Assembly (NCBI GenBank): GCA_964016885.1
Contig: OZ024747.1
Coordinates: 31,372,001-31,436,000, forward strand
Direction: 5' to 3'
Length of the DNA stretch: 64,000 nt
DNA from: Eledone cirrhosa
Taxonomy: Eukaryota
Part shown: positions 1 through 13,189 of the stretch, piece after piece
How the letters are laid out: each line of letters opens with the position of its first letter
Position numbering within the stretch: the stretch's first letter is position 1
The notes under the pieces: model-generated
The model's input: the letters and a program-made list of their open reading frames with translations, nothing else
Database searches by the model: none
Told to the model about the DNA's origin: nothing
Made by a program: the position numbers and the translations under genes

Positions 1-388
1 GATTTTTTTTTTTTTTTTCGTTGAAATATTTATAATGAATAAATGACCTTAGAAAAATAAAACTAGAAAACTATGAATGAGTAAAGAGAACAAAAGCTAT
101 AAGTAAAGAAAATATAGAGAAATGATATTTTATTGAAAATCTGATATTGGAAAATATAAGAGTAAATATATAGCTATATATATTTCTTCAATAAAACATT
201 TTGTAATGCCTAACTACACATGCTCATGTTTATAGATCTATACTTACCTTGTGGCATTGATTGGCTGGTTTTTACCTATTTGCAGCAGATGTTTCATGGA
301 AGAATGCCATCTCTAGCAACAACCAAGCCAATATTAAGTCAAGTCTACTATCTACTTTCCAATAACCTAACACACACAAACTGAAGAT

Positions 389-449
<61 letters not shown>

Positions 450-545
450 ATGTATGTATGTGTGTATATATATATATATACATGTGTATATATATATATA
501 TATATACATCGTAAAATATATATATATATTTATATATGTCTATAT

Positions 546-594
<49 letters not shown>

Positions 595-1033
595 TATATA
601 TATATATATATATATATATGAAGGTAAATAAGGTATTCAGAAAGATTATGAAGAATTCTCACCTGGCTTACATTGATATATCATTAAATATCACAACATA
701 TATCTATTTACCTACTAATGTGTGTGCCTGTTTACGTCTGTTTGTCTACATACAAACATACAAAAAATATATATCTTTTCTTCATAAGTTCATTTTTCCA
801 TGCTTTAGGTGAGACTGTTCTTGAGATAATGTTTCTATGACCAGTTCCCGTTTGTGATACCAAACCATGACTTTATTATTTTTTATATATAGTATATATC
901 ACTGATGTTTATCAAACTGGTAAGCTCTGTGAGATATTATTTATGAAGGGATTTTTTTCTAAAATTGTGTCAATAAGGAGACATTCCTGTGTGTGTATGT
1001 ATTTGTATGTATATATATATATATATATATATA

Positions 1034-3650
1034 TCATCATCATCATCATCATCATCATCAACGTTTAACGTCCGTGTTCCACGCTTGCATGGGTTTGGAC
1101 GGGGGTATTCCCACTTGAGGCAAGAGTGATTGTCTTGCTCGCATAGGACTGTCGGCAGGTTTTCTACAGTTGGATGCCCTTCCTAACACCAACCACATTT
1201 ACAGTGTGGGTCTGGGAGGTTTTTACCGTGTTGCCTACACGGCCACATTACAGCGTGGACTGTGTGTTTTTTTGCCGTGACACCTACACTCATTTGTTTC
1301 GGCCTGGATGGCGCGGCACCAACATAACTTTACATAGAACGGGGTGGTGTGGATGGGGTGGGGGTGGTGGGACGGGGTGTATTTTGTTAGAGATGCCTAC
1401 TGGCTGTAGTAGGTTTTACTATGTATTTAGGTAAGGCGAGTCTTCTCTGTTACTGAGTACCGCCAAAGGTCTCGGTCCAGTGACATTGTCTTGGAGAGGT
1501 GTAAGTGTGTGAGGTCGGAGTTTATCAGCTCGTCCCAGGTTTTTCTAGGTCTGCCTATTCCGTGGCTACCGTCTATCTTTATTGCCCTGCACTTTGTTAT
1601 ACAGCTATCGACTTTCATGCGCATCACGTGTCCATACCAACGTAGCCTTCTCTCGAGTAAACAACATCTGATCCCTCTTATTTCTAATTTTTTCCTTAGT
1701 TCGTTTATGCTTTGCCGTTCACGTATATTACTGTTACACATCCAGCGGAGCATGCAAGCTTCGTTCCTCTCTAGTCTGCCTATATCGTCTGCACACAATG
1801 CCCAGGTCTCACTGCCATGTAACATTGCTGTTCGTATGCAGGCATCATACAACCTGCCTTTCATTTTTAGGGAGAACCCTTTAGCAGCTAATAGTGGTAT
1901 AAGCTCTCTGAACTTTTTCCAACCAGCTCTGACTCTAGCTACTGTACTTTCAGAGCACCCTCCCCCACTGCTGATTTTATTGCCCAGGTAACGGAAGCTG
2001 TCCACTATTTCTATAGAACCCTCTGCGCAATTGAAAGAGCTAGTATTTTGTAGGCACTTGCTGCTACTTATTGCACCAGAGCACCGGCCACATGTAAAAT
2101 CTATGTTCTTAGTTAGCTTACCTGTGATCCCACTACATCTTTTATGCACCCATACTTTGCATTTGGGACATAAAATGGAGTTTCTACCTACGCCTTTCCT
2201 ACACACTGAGCATGACCATTTCCCAGAAGGGACCGCCGCCTTATTTTCTTTCCTACAAACTAGAACTTTAGTCTTAGCCAGGTTAATTTTAAGTTTTTTT
2301 GATTCTAGGCCGTGCTTCCATGTTTGGAATTTCTTCTCTAACTCGGCCATTGATTCAGCTATGAGTGTCAGGTCGTTTGCGTATAGGAGTTCCCATGGGC
2401 AGCCGGTCTTGAACTCCTCTGTTATAGCCTGAAGGGCAATAATAAATAGTAGGGGGCTGAGAACAGAGCCCTGATGGACGCCAACTTTTACGCTAAACTC
2501 TTCACTATATTCGTTGTTAATTCTAACCTTGTTGACTGTTTCTTTATACATGGCTTGTATAGCTCTCACAAGCCATTCGTCAACACCTAGTTTTCTAAGA
2601 GCCCACCAGATAATGGAGCGGGGGACTCTGTCGAAGGCTTTCTCCAAGTCGACAAAAGCTAAGTGTGGTACTTTTGCCTGACACAAACCCGAACTGCATT
2701 TCATCTAGGTCAATTCTCTCTCTGATTAGTTGCGCTATTACTTTTTCCGTGACCTTCATGACCTGGTCGATTAATTTAATGCCTCTATAGTTACTCCTAT
2801 CTAGGGCATCTCCTTTACCCTTATAACAGTTAACGATGATGCTGCTATGCCAGTTCTTCGGAACAACCCCATTCTGTACGACATGGTTAACTATCCGGGT
2901 GACCATGGTGTGTCCCACCGTGCCAGATGCCTTCAGCATCTCCGCAACTATTTCCGAAGGCCCAGCTGCCTTACCCGTCTTCATATCCTTGATTGCCTTA
3001 CTTATTATACTACCCTCGACTAACACTGCTGGTCCCTCTATTGGGTCGATGTGGGGGAGACTGTCTTTCTCCCATTTATTCTCCTCATTTAGTAGCACTC
3101 ATTTAGTGACACTTCCAAGCTACCTTCTTATCAGCGTCGGTGATGGCAAGTACGCCGTCATCATTAAGTACACACTTCTCCCCGACAATATCACGGTTTT
3201 CCTTGACGCATTGCCTAGCAATCCTGAACACCTCACGTTTTTGGTCCTCGCGTTGTAGAACATGCTTGAACTTTCTTTCCTCTGCTTCCCTTTTTGCGAA
3301 GTACACTTGTCTCCTAGCTTCCCTCCTGGCCACTTGATAGTCTTCACTACTTCCCCCATCCCGCCATACTTTCCAAGCCTGCTTTTTGGCCTTAATTGAC
3401 CCCTCCACCTTACTGTTCCACCACCATGTTACTCTCCTCCTGCCTATAGGCCTGCTCCAGCCACAGGCTTCGTCTGTCACCATCAGCAGGTTTGCTTTCA
3501 GAAATTCCCACTGTCCCTCTATATTGTCCGACTCTAAATGTTCTTCCTTACTGTCGAAAGCATCAAGTAATATGCTTTGAAATTTATTTCTGGCTGTGGG
3601 GTCCTTTAGCTTCGATATTTTTCTCCTGAGGATAGTCCTCTTCTGCTGTC
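1034..3650 (-). mobile_element. RTE-clade LINE, 5'-truncated and inactivated (copy 1)
   Basis: ORFs 3103-3483, 2595-3098 and 1427-2704 join into one ORF2 with NYRGIKL, FVDLEKAFD, GVHQGSVLSPLLF, RRLRWYGHV and GRPRKTW. YADD is mutated to YAND. A frameshifting deletion near 2665 removes DALFLVRQLQEKYLAKSKPLY (present in copy 2), and there is a stop near 3103. The 3' UTR ends in a (GAT)n tail, read as (CAT)n at 1034-1060. Confidence 0.95.
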
Positions 3651-3701
3651 GAGTACGGATAGTCCTCTTCTGCTGTCGAGTACGGATAGTCCTCTTCTGC
3701 T
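3629..3701. repeat. 27-bp tandem repeat (about 2.7 copies) at the RTE 5' truncation point
   Basis: GGATAGTCCTCTTCTGCTGTCGAGTAC twice plus a partial copy, directly before (TA)n. Confidence 0.85.
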
Positions 3702-3720
3702 ACCCCATATATATATATAT

Positions 3721-3855
<135 letters not shown>

Positions 3856-3962
3856 ATTTGATTAAATGAAATGCACATAGCAGTTTGATACACAATAAAA
3901 AAAAAACTAACTATATGTAAAAATAAGTCCACCGTTTTTCTCAATATACACACACACATATA

Positions 3963-3997
<35 letters not shown>

Positions 3998-5363
3998 GGT
4001 AGGATTTCTATCTTTGTAAACAGACAAGCTCACCACCTTTACACGGGTCTGCACAGATTGCAATCGAGGAATACTGGCGTTACAAGTTATAAGCTACTCA
4101 TTTTAGAAATGTAGTACATGAGTATATGAATAAAATCTGTTAAACTGAAACTTCGATCTTTCATATTCTGATATATATATAGCTTTTGCGTAAACAGGAA
4201 GCTGATTGGTAATTTGATTGGTACTTTGTTTCATAAACCCTACAAAAATGTTAGGTGAAGTTGCCCTCAGGATTTGAATTAAAAACTTAAAGATATCTAT
4301 ATTTTATATTTGTAATATTTTGTCAGATTTTGCTCAATGCCACTGTTAAAGAAGAAAAAAAGCATAATATTCTAACCCTTTCATTACCATATCTCTTATG
4401 AGAGACACTTCCTATATTTTCTAATACTTTTTGAATATAATCAAGAATATGAAAAGGTGTTTCTCATGATTTATCATGTGTTTGGAACATAATGGTTCTT
4501 AGATAAAACATGGCAGGCAATGATATTTGTTTATGTAACACATAAACAGAGTTTCCATATGTGAAAATCCATGTCTACTTACTTAACCATATTTCTAATG
4601 AAATACAAACTATTTTAATTAATTAATGAAGGATTTTGAGGGATTTACTTAAATTATTAATTATTTCATTACTAAGATTGTAACTTAATGTAAGTTTTTT
4701 ATATAAAATCCTGTTGGAAGGTTTTGATTTAAATTGGAAACCTTTAAGATGAATGGTTTTTTTTCATAGAACCAGAGCTGGTTTGTAACAAAAGGGTTAA
4801 ATAAAAACAAGTGAGTACTTGTGTGAGTAAATGCATCTAGCTGCAGAATTCTGCCTCAAGACATCTAGTCCAATCAATACCAGTATCGAAAATATCAAAC
4901 TGATGGTGATACACACACACATATATATATACAAATAGGCACTACATTCATTATATAATTTTCAGGTGTAGTTTTGCAACTGTCAGGCTACACTGGGTGT
5001 CTGTGTTTACCAATGAGAATTGACTTAAGAAAACAATTCCACATCAAACTAACACATTGTGATAAAAATGAGTGATGCCTACTCAAAGTGTCAAAGACAT
5101 TCTAAAGAATTACAGAATCTAAAACAAAAATGGCCATTTGTAAAATGTGACAGGACATTCATTCTTAAAACTGTGATATATATTAAATGTTTTTGATATA
5201 CCATACATGAAAGAAAAATACTTTCTATTTACATTCATTTTATAATCATGCATACATTGCCTGTATATTTTATGTGTGTGTATATATATATACACGTAAA
5301 AGAAATAACTTCAAGGAACACAATGTGTATACATCATAAATATATGCTAATATATGTTTACCA

Positions 5364-5564
5364 TTAACCCTTTAGCATTTACATTACACTATATTTGCTA
5401 TTGTATTTTCATGGTAAACGCTTTACTTCACATAACTATCTCACATAATATCGAATCTATGAGATGTTGATATTATTTATTTTGAGAACAATAGCTTAAC
5501 ATCAGTATGAGTGGCAAGTTACAGTCGATTTGAACAGAAAGAGGTTTAAATGCTAAATGGTTAA
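5364..5564. mobile_element. TTAA-flanked MITE (piggyBac-like ends)
   Basis: TTAA|CCCTTTAGCATTTA ... TAAATGCTAAATGG|TTAA. Related partial copies at about 18383-18590 and 45221-45430. Confidence 0.7.
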
Positions 5565-5833
5565 ACATGCATTTCTTCATGCTTGCATGATTTGTAAGCA
5601 TTAAAAGAATGCAATGGCATCACAGGATATAGTCATAGTAGTATGGCTTTGCTGGATCTAGGGTCAATCTCCTATGTCACCCCTTTGCTAGGTGTTTTTT
5701 AACAGATTCAGTTTAACCCAAGACAAGTAAAATTAAGCAAATAGAATCTGTGCCAAACTGCATTAATTCTTGAGAGGTAAATTTAATGTGTTCCCTGCCC
5801 AGTTAAAATCACCAGCTAGCTCAGGTGCATTAT

Positions 5834-6204
5834 TTGGCAGTATCGGTAGAGGGTCGGACACCATGCTTTGATGCATAGAGTTACGGCCCTTGACATTCTG
5901 AGTTCAAATCCCGCCGAGGTCAACTTTGCCTTTCATCCTTATGGGGCTGATAAAATAAAGTACCAGTAATGTACTGGGTAATTGCTGAACTTGTGCCAAA
6001 AGTAGAAACAATTATTGCATGAATTGGCAGTATCGGTAGAGGGTTGGATGCCATGTTTTCTAGCATAGTAACATCCCTTTACGGTCTGAGTTCAAATCCC
6101 TTTGAGGTTAACTTTGCCTTTCATCCTTACGGGGGTCGATAAAATAAAGTACCAGTAATGTACTGGGTAATTACTGGCCTTGTGCCAAAATAGAAACAAT
6201 TATT
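5834..6204 (+). mobile_element. Two tandem copies of tRNA-derived SINE family 1
   Basis: A-box-like TGGCAGTATCGG, B box GAGTTCAAATCC, core GCCTTTCATCCTT..GGGGTCGATAAAATAAAGTACCAG, tail GTAGAAACAATTAT. Confidence 0.9.
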
Positions 6205-8029
6205 ACACGATCTCACCAATGTAGATCATGTAATAGGGTCATGGGCCCTGCCCTTCCTTTACTAATTAAACCATACAGAAGAAGAAGAAAGGGGCCAATT
6301 TTGTTTGAGTCACCCTGTATTTATGAATATAATGTAGACGTTATATCAGTAAATAAACACATCAAGATTGATATGATCTTTGTCAGTAATTCCCCACCTG
6401 TACTATCAACCAAAGTATATTAACAAAACACAATTTGATGCTGGTATTTAGGGCAACCAAGTAGTTTTCACGGAAATAAGCTACCTACTTTTTTGTTAAA
6501 TTAATGCATCCTTACAACATATTACAATGAACACAATCACAATAAATGTGTATGAGGCATACTCACACACATGCAAATTCTGTGTGTATATACATATATG
6601 ACAGTGTGTACATGTATGTGTTTCTGAAGTGCATTAATGAAAATTCTATTAGATTATTTTCTACCTTCCTCCTTAATTCTTAAATCAAATTCACATTAAC
6701 AGTTCTCTGATCCATATCGATATTTTTTTTATTTTTCAACAAAACTGCCTGAACCAAATTTTAATGGGCTAAAGAAAAATCTTTCAGAAACAAGGCATGT
6801 TTCAAATGCATTTCATCAAAAGTAATATCAAGTAGCCTGTTAAACTGATGACAAATATACTATAAGTGGTAAAACAACCATAAAAAGAGAGAAGACTCAA
6901 CATACACACATAAAAAAAAAAACATTTAGAGCTTGATGCCAACATTTCAAAACTCAGATTACAAATTATTGATTACCTGGATAGTGAAATACATACAAAA
7001 ATGTAGGTCATAGAATCGAGAGCAGTTACTTGGATCAGAAATAAAGAAAGTGTGTTATGGAAATAGGAGGTGGAGTGGGTTCAAATTTATTGCATATTGC
7101 TTTTAGAAATCAACTTGCCAAACTATATAAAATAGAAGACATTTAAAATTCCATATTTACATATTACAATAGGTTGATATCATTTTTTTCTAACAATTAT
7201 GTTGGTGAATTTCGCATTTAAATTTATTTTTTTATATATTAACTTTTAAATACTTATAATTTTACACAATTCAAAGCTGAAATTAAATTGATAATGTGAA
7301 ATTTATTGTGATAAATCAGGAAATTAATTCCACATCATGAATTTTATAAACAAGAAAAAAATATTAGTAAAATTGTATAAAGTAGATAATTATTGTCCCC
7401 AAAATTCCAGTTTAGAATAATCTGCAGTGAGATTTCCTTTTAATATGTTGTATTAATTATTAAAGGAGTATATTTTATGAAGCAAACCTGATGAATATAC
7501 ACAAATACTTAAAGCTGGTTATAAACCTTTCTTTACCAATTTTATTGATAATAATCAATAAATATTTATAATATGCATGCAATTATTTTACTAACATGAA
7601 TAAGATATATTGCTAAGTAGATTTACTTCTGCCACCATCAAATAATGAAGGACCAACATTAAGATGGGAACATGTTAAGAATCTATACATATACAAGCAC
7701 ACACATGCACATGGCCACCGGGCCTTATACCCATCGGTACAGTATAACTTGATCTATTTTCTCTTCGGTTACTTACATGTGCCAGTGTTCCCCCTTCTAT
7801 CGGTATGTTTACTTCATTTTTTTCCTTTTTCCTTTTTTTCTTCTTCCTCTCTCTTCCCTATCACTTCTTTCCCTCATGGCCTTTTGATGGATAAAAGGGC
7901 ATGGGCGCGCTACGGATCGATGTTCTGTTTTAAGCGCCGAAACATCCAAGATCCGTAGTAAACAGCTGACGAAGGGAAACTTTTCTTCTCTTGTTTGTGT
8001 CCCGATTACCTTCTATATATATATATATA

Positions 8030-8460
8030 GTAATAATAATAAATGTGAAGACTCGATAAGGATAAATATATATCAAATATATAAGAACCCCAGAGCAAAT
8101 ATTTATTAAAATAACAGATTAAATTTTAAGCAAAAAATCGCTGCTTTCACCCTTAACGGGATCTTCTGAAACTAAAAAAAATCAATCTGTGAACACAGAA
8201 GTAAATATTTCGAAAAACGTTGCAACCGGAGAAAAACAGGAAGATGATACTTTGGTTTGTGAAGACATTTCCTGGCAATGAACGGAAAAAAGCAAAGATA
8301 ATATGCCATTATGTGGAATGATGAGAACAATTACACGCAAAGACAAAACCACATTTATGGTATAAATGGAGTCATTAGACTAATATTCTATTTAGGAAAC
8401 CGAATGATTCTCAGCTTCGGAGTTAAGAATGTTGATGACAAGAAGGGTATCTCACTGTGG
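8030..8460 (-). mobile_element. Solo terminal repeat (pLTR) of PLE family 1
   Basis: Homologous to 20540-20866, to the reverse complement of 23740-24210, and to 36540-36870. Abuts (TA)n. Confidence 0.85.
8123..8173 (-). ncRNA. Hammerhead-like motif, family A (CAGAAGA core)
   Basis: Minus strand AGTTT-CAGAAGA-TCCC gttaa GGGT-GAAA-GCA...TGCT-T-AAA. Confidence 0.6.
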
Positions 8461-8533
8461 AATTCAGTCTCAAAATTGCCATCTAATCCATACCAGTATG
8501 GAACAAAGAACATACAATTGATGATCATGTTAG

Positions 8534-8571
<38 letters not shown>

Positions 8572-8639
8572 CAAATCGGACCGACGAAACAATGTTTCCG
8601 TTGGTCTTTCCAATTACTAATACTATCTATTGGTCGCAC

Positions 8640-8770
8640 CTCCAGGTAGAAGGAGCAACGTGAAATAAAGTGCTTTGCTCAAGGACATAACACATCGCCC
8701 TGTCCAGAAATCGAACTCACAACCTCATGATTGTGAATCCAATTCTCTTACCACTAAACCACACGCCTTC
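8640..8770 (-). mobile_element. SINE family 2 fragment (tRNA-like head and central domain)
   Basis: Reverse complement GGCGTGTGGTTTAGTGGTAAG...GAGTTCGATT...GTCCTTGAGCAAAGCACTTTATTTCAC matches 41994-42110. Confidence 0.7.
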
Positions 8771-9745
8771 ACTATATAGTCGATCGAATGTTGATATATA
8801 TATATATATATATATATCTCAAATAAGGCCCATATAAACCAAAGTGATATTATTTAATGAGATGTAAAGCATATCACTGACTAATGTTTGAATATATATG
8901 TATGGGATGAGTATGAATGGGTATAACTGGAGTTTCACCTGTGCACACACAGAATCAGATGATCCTGTGTGTGTTTCTGCTCAGTATCTCTCTACCATAT
9001 TTAATTCAGAAGATTTTGATTGACATGAGGCTATAGACAGAAGATACTTGCCAAAATGGCTCCACAGTAGGACTGAACCCACAACTAAGTGTTTGTAAAG
9101 TATTTTACCAATGTCAATTAAAATGACTGCAGCCTCTGTACCTAAACAAAAGTAGTTTTGTCTTTAATTTACAGATCATTACACTAAAACAATGAAAGAG
9201 AAAATTGGAGGCCTTTACTATCTCCCCTCCCTCAACTTTGATTATGCCAATAATACTAAATTATAGTTAACAGGAAAGAATAAGAATGTGTTGAAACAAT
9301 TTTTAAAAAAGCATCATAAATTGAAAGAGAGAAAGAAAAAAAAATAGGGAGAGAGAAAGAAATAGACAAAGAGAGAGAAAGAAAGAGAAAAGAGAAAAAA
9401 GAGAGAGAGAGAGAGAGAGAGAGCGAATGGAGAAAAAGAGAGAGAGAAAATGGAGAAAAAGAGAGAGAGAGAAAGGAGAGAAAAAGAGAGAGTGAAAATG
9501 GGGAAAAGGAGAGAAAAACTGAAAGAGAGAGAGAGAGAAGAAGGCATTGCAACTGCCAAAGATGTCCTCCTGTACGTATCAAAGAACAAGGATTGATGCA
9601 CTGAACATTTTAGTTAAAGAGGCAGAAATGAAAGCAATTGATTGGACATTTGAATATGAAAGTAGCTGGGAAGTAAGAGATCAACAGGCAGGAAGTACAA
9701 TAGAATACTTTGAAGTTTTGAAAGAAAAAGGACAGTATTGCTACT

Positions 9746-9790
9746 TTCTACAGGACTAGAACTGTTTCATTCATATGAAATCATCAGGAA
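9746..9790 (-). ncRNA. Type-I hammerhead motif, family B
   Basis: TTC-CTGATGA-TTTCATATGAAT-GAA-ACAG ttctagtc CTGT-A-GAA. Confidence 0.65.
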
Positions 9791-10054
9791 TGCAGGGTGA
9801 CATAGTAAGTCATTGATATCTATAGGTTTCATAGTGTTTGGCAGTGGTAGTTGTGGTGCCGGGCAGATTTTAAGGGGCAGATATTAAGTAGTGGATTAGA
9901 GGAGGGAGGGGAGTTAGGAGGTGAGGGGTGGGTTAAGAAAATGGGAAGAAAATAGAGAGGAATCTGTATGCATAAATATAGAAATATACAAATATGTATG
10001 CATATTCATCATCATCATCATCATTTTACGTCCGCTTTTCCCTGCTTGCAAGGG

Positions 10055-10106
<52 letters not shown>

Positions 10107-11700
10107 TATATATACACATACACACATATATACATATGCATACATTTTATCGGAATATGGCACATGGATGGCAGAGCAGTTGAAGAACAGTGGCCGCAGC
10201 CCAGAAAAGAAAATGCAAAACAAAAGGAAATATGTTAATATAAAGAGAGAAGAGAGCTGGAAGCAATATCATACCTTTCTTTTTATCTAAGGAATTGTAA
10301 ATTTGTAGGTGTGTTGGTTTTATTTGCGAATGCAGCTATGCTTGGCATTAAGCAATTAAAATATATTCAACACTAGATACCCACATTCTGGAAGCTGTGG
10401 TAAAGGTGAGGGTCACGGTATTCCATAATGGAATAAAATTCTAAAATATCAGGAATTAATAGCAAATTATTTTTTTCGCCTGTGGCATTCAGGATGTTTG
10501 TTGGAAGCTAAGCCATTGACAATTTATCAGGTGATGCCTATGAAGGTACTTGGTTACTTGCAGCAATGCTGTGAGTGTGCTGGCTCATGTTAAAAATAGT
10601 GGGGAAACTCCAGCACCTATTATTGGGGCCGCGATTGAGTGTGCCTGATTTTTTACACATTTTCCAGGGGTTTTTTCTCTATTAAAATATTGAGTGTTTA
10701 TTTACATAGTAAATGGAAATAAAGACACTAGGAAAAAGGTTTTAACTAAGGAGTTAACATCTGTTCATTGATATTTCTGTGGATTCGTAAGAGCTTTTGA
10801 ACAAAGATTTAGTAGTATTTCTTCCAGCTTTTTACGTTGTGAGTTCAAATCCAGCCAGAGTCACTTTTTCCTGTTTTCCTCTTGGGAGTTTATAAAATAA
10901 AGTATTAATCAAGTACTGGAGGCTATATAATCAATGCCTCCCCTCAGAAGAAAATTATTGGTGATGTGTCTATAGATATAAGTTTCCACTGTTTTATAAA
11001 ACTCATTTTTTGTGCAACTTTTTCTCTTGTGAATGTTTCCTGGACTTCAAGCAATTATTTTTTTTTTTCTAGACACAAGTAGATTCCCAACAACAGTATC
11101 CAGTGTTTCCTCCTATACTAGGGCCTGATTTATGAGAGATGATTTTTTGCCACCCACCAAGACTATCTTTTGGTGTGCATTTACGTTTATTTCAACGCAA
11201 GGAGTTGGGGTCGATATGATCAACGAAATCAAGGCTGTGCTCCAGCATGGCATCAGTCTGATGACTGAAACCAATGAAAAATAAATCAATAACATACGAA
11301 GAATTAGCATTGAGTTAAGACGAAACACCCCCCCCCCCCCAAAAAAAAACATCGAAATCTATGTTTGAATATATAACTTGTCATTTGTCAGACATTTCAA
11401 TAGAAACGCAATATACACTTCTACTAACGTAATTTGCAATTCGGATTTACGGACACAATGATTTTTTTCTTTAGAAGAAAAAAAATAATATATAATTCAA
11501 TATTTATTAATTTGTTCCTAAAGTAAAAATTAAAAAAATAAAAATTGCGAAACAAAGTTACTTTATGTTGTGAAATATACAATTTGGTAATATGATTAAT
11601 GAATGCGTTGAAACTCTTTAAAATATTTATTAGTTGTTTTGTTAATACTACTACTACTAAAAATGATAATAATAATAATTATTATTATTATTTGTAACAA

Positions 11701-11825
11701 TCCCTTTACGATCTGAGTTCAAATCCTGCCGAGGTTGACTTTGCCTTTCATCCTTAAGGGGTCGATAAAATAAAGTACCAGTAATGCACTGGGTAATTGC
11801 TGGCCTAGTGTCTAAAGTAGAAACA
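11701..11825 (+). mobile_element. SINE family 1, 5'-truncated, with 17-bp TSD
   Basis: TSD ATTATTATTTGTAACAA at 11684-11700 and 11826-11842. Confidence 0.9.
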
Positions 11826-12072
11826 ATTATTATTTGTAACAATAATAATTATTATTATTTATAATAATAATAATTATTATCATTATTATCATTATTGGTA
11901 TTACAATTACAAGATAGAAATGGAATTATGGATGAATTAGTTTTGAAATAATAAAAATGTAATTGCCAAATAATTCACACAGTGCTGAATTTATAACACA
12001 AAACCAATTTTGAAAGAATATTCTTTCTTATCGCACAGAGAAAAATATTGTATTGCGAAATCTAAGAAGCAT

Positions 12073-12396
12073 TGGTGTGGCAATAACACAGAATTTAGTA
12101 AACATTCATGACACTATCTGGTGTTGCAATAACACAGAATTTAGTAAACATTCATGACACTATCTGGTGTGGCAATAACACAGAATTTAGTAAACATTCA
12201 AGACACTATCTGGTGTGGCAATAACACAGAATTTAGTAAACATTCAAGACACTATCTGGTGTGGCAATAACACAGAATTTAGTAAACATTCAAGACACTA
12301 TCTGGTGTGGCAATAACACAGAATTTAGTAAAATTTAAGTCACTATCTGGTGTGGCAATAACACAGAATTTAGTAAAATTTAAGACACTATCTGGT
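12073..12396. repeat. 45-46-bp minisatellite, 7 copies
   Basis: Unit TGGTGTGGCAATAACACAGAATTTAGTAAACATTCAAGACACTATC, with no spacers. Confidence 0.95.
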
Positions 12397-12839
12397 TTTC
12401 TTCATTGATTGAATGGTAATACTCATGTTTTGCCAACAAACTGGTACACGAAGACATTGAATGCATTGAAATTTGTGTTTCAAGTGAATAAATGTGTGTG
12501 TGATAGTGTGTAACGTATGAGTTAATCTTAAATATAAGAAGGGTGTATGCATAGATTTGTGGGGGTACCATAATGCTGTACAGCATGTCTTGGACATTTA
12601 AAAACCTGGTGGTGATGCCCATCTCTGAAGGTTTGAACAGAGTTGATTTTTTTTCCAGAAAATGAGGAAAGAGTATGAGGGAGAGGGAGTGGAAAAGAAA
12701 TGTAGAAGAAGAATCAACTCCGATATATTCCAGTTAGTGAAAAGAACAAAATTAAATAATGAAAACAAGAAGGGAGAGGAGACGCACACTTTACACCCTC
12801 ATCCCCCTCAGGTGGGTGGTATAATTCAGCTGCACCTTT

Positions 12840-13100
12840 TGGACAAGATGACGAAAGGATTGCCATGGAGGACAAACACAACCATTCGGATTTGTGGGAA
12901 TACATCGAGGTGCATTAGTTTGTCGTATACATTCTAGAAACTTTCGCAACCTCACTTAATGTCCTCCCTCATTCAATTTCTGACAGAACTACAAGTGATG
13001 CAGGTGATTCACATAAGGTTGCTTTGTTGTTTCAGAGCCTTAGCCTGGCCATAACCAATGGTAATACTGTTAATGTGTTGGCTTGCCTCAAAAATATAAG
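12840..13100 (+). mobile_element. Highly degenerate 3' end of a CRE-like retrotransposon
   Basis: About 13030-13090 translates to FQSLSLAITNGNTVNVLAC, matching the C-terminal FQRISL..GNA motif of the adjacent element. Confidence 0.45.
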
Positions 13101-13189
13101 AGGGAGGTTTCGATGCCACTTGTGGTGTGTGACTGACTGATGCACTTCGTGTTGAGTGGATGTTTGTGTATTTATAAGCTTTCATGAAT

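Noticed and set aside
240-290. Possible host micro-exons suggested by GTAAG donors (minus strand here, plus strand near 38641 and 39338)
   Set aside because: Splice-like motifs alone are common by chance, and there is no recognisable protein sequence. RNA-seq would be needed.
414-812. ORFs rich in YI, CV, HT, LS or RE (here and at about 3.6, 9.3, 10, 30.4, 37, 41, 43, 48.5, 50 and 52-54 kb)
   Set aside because: Translations of (TA)n, (CA)n and (GA)n microsatellites.
7880-8010. Possible hammerhead around GGCGC..GCGCCGAAAC and CTGACGAAGGG
   Set aside because: The core halves are in the wrong order or incomplete. I could not build three consistent stems.
12073-12396. CRISPR-like appearance of the 46-bp array (also the 47284 and 51243 arrays)
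   Set aside because: Units are contiguous with no unique spacers, there are no cas genes, and the context is eukaryotic.
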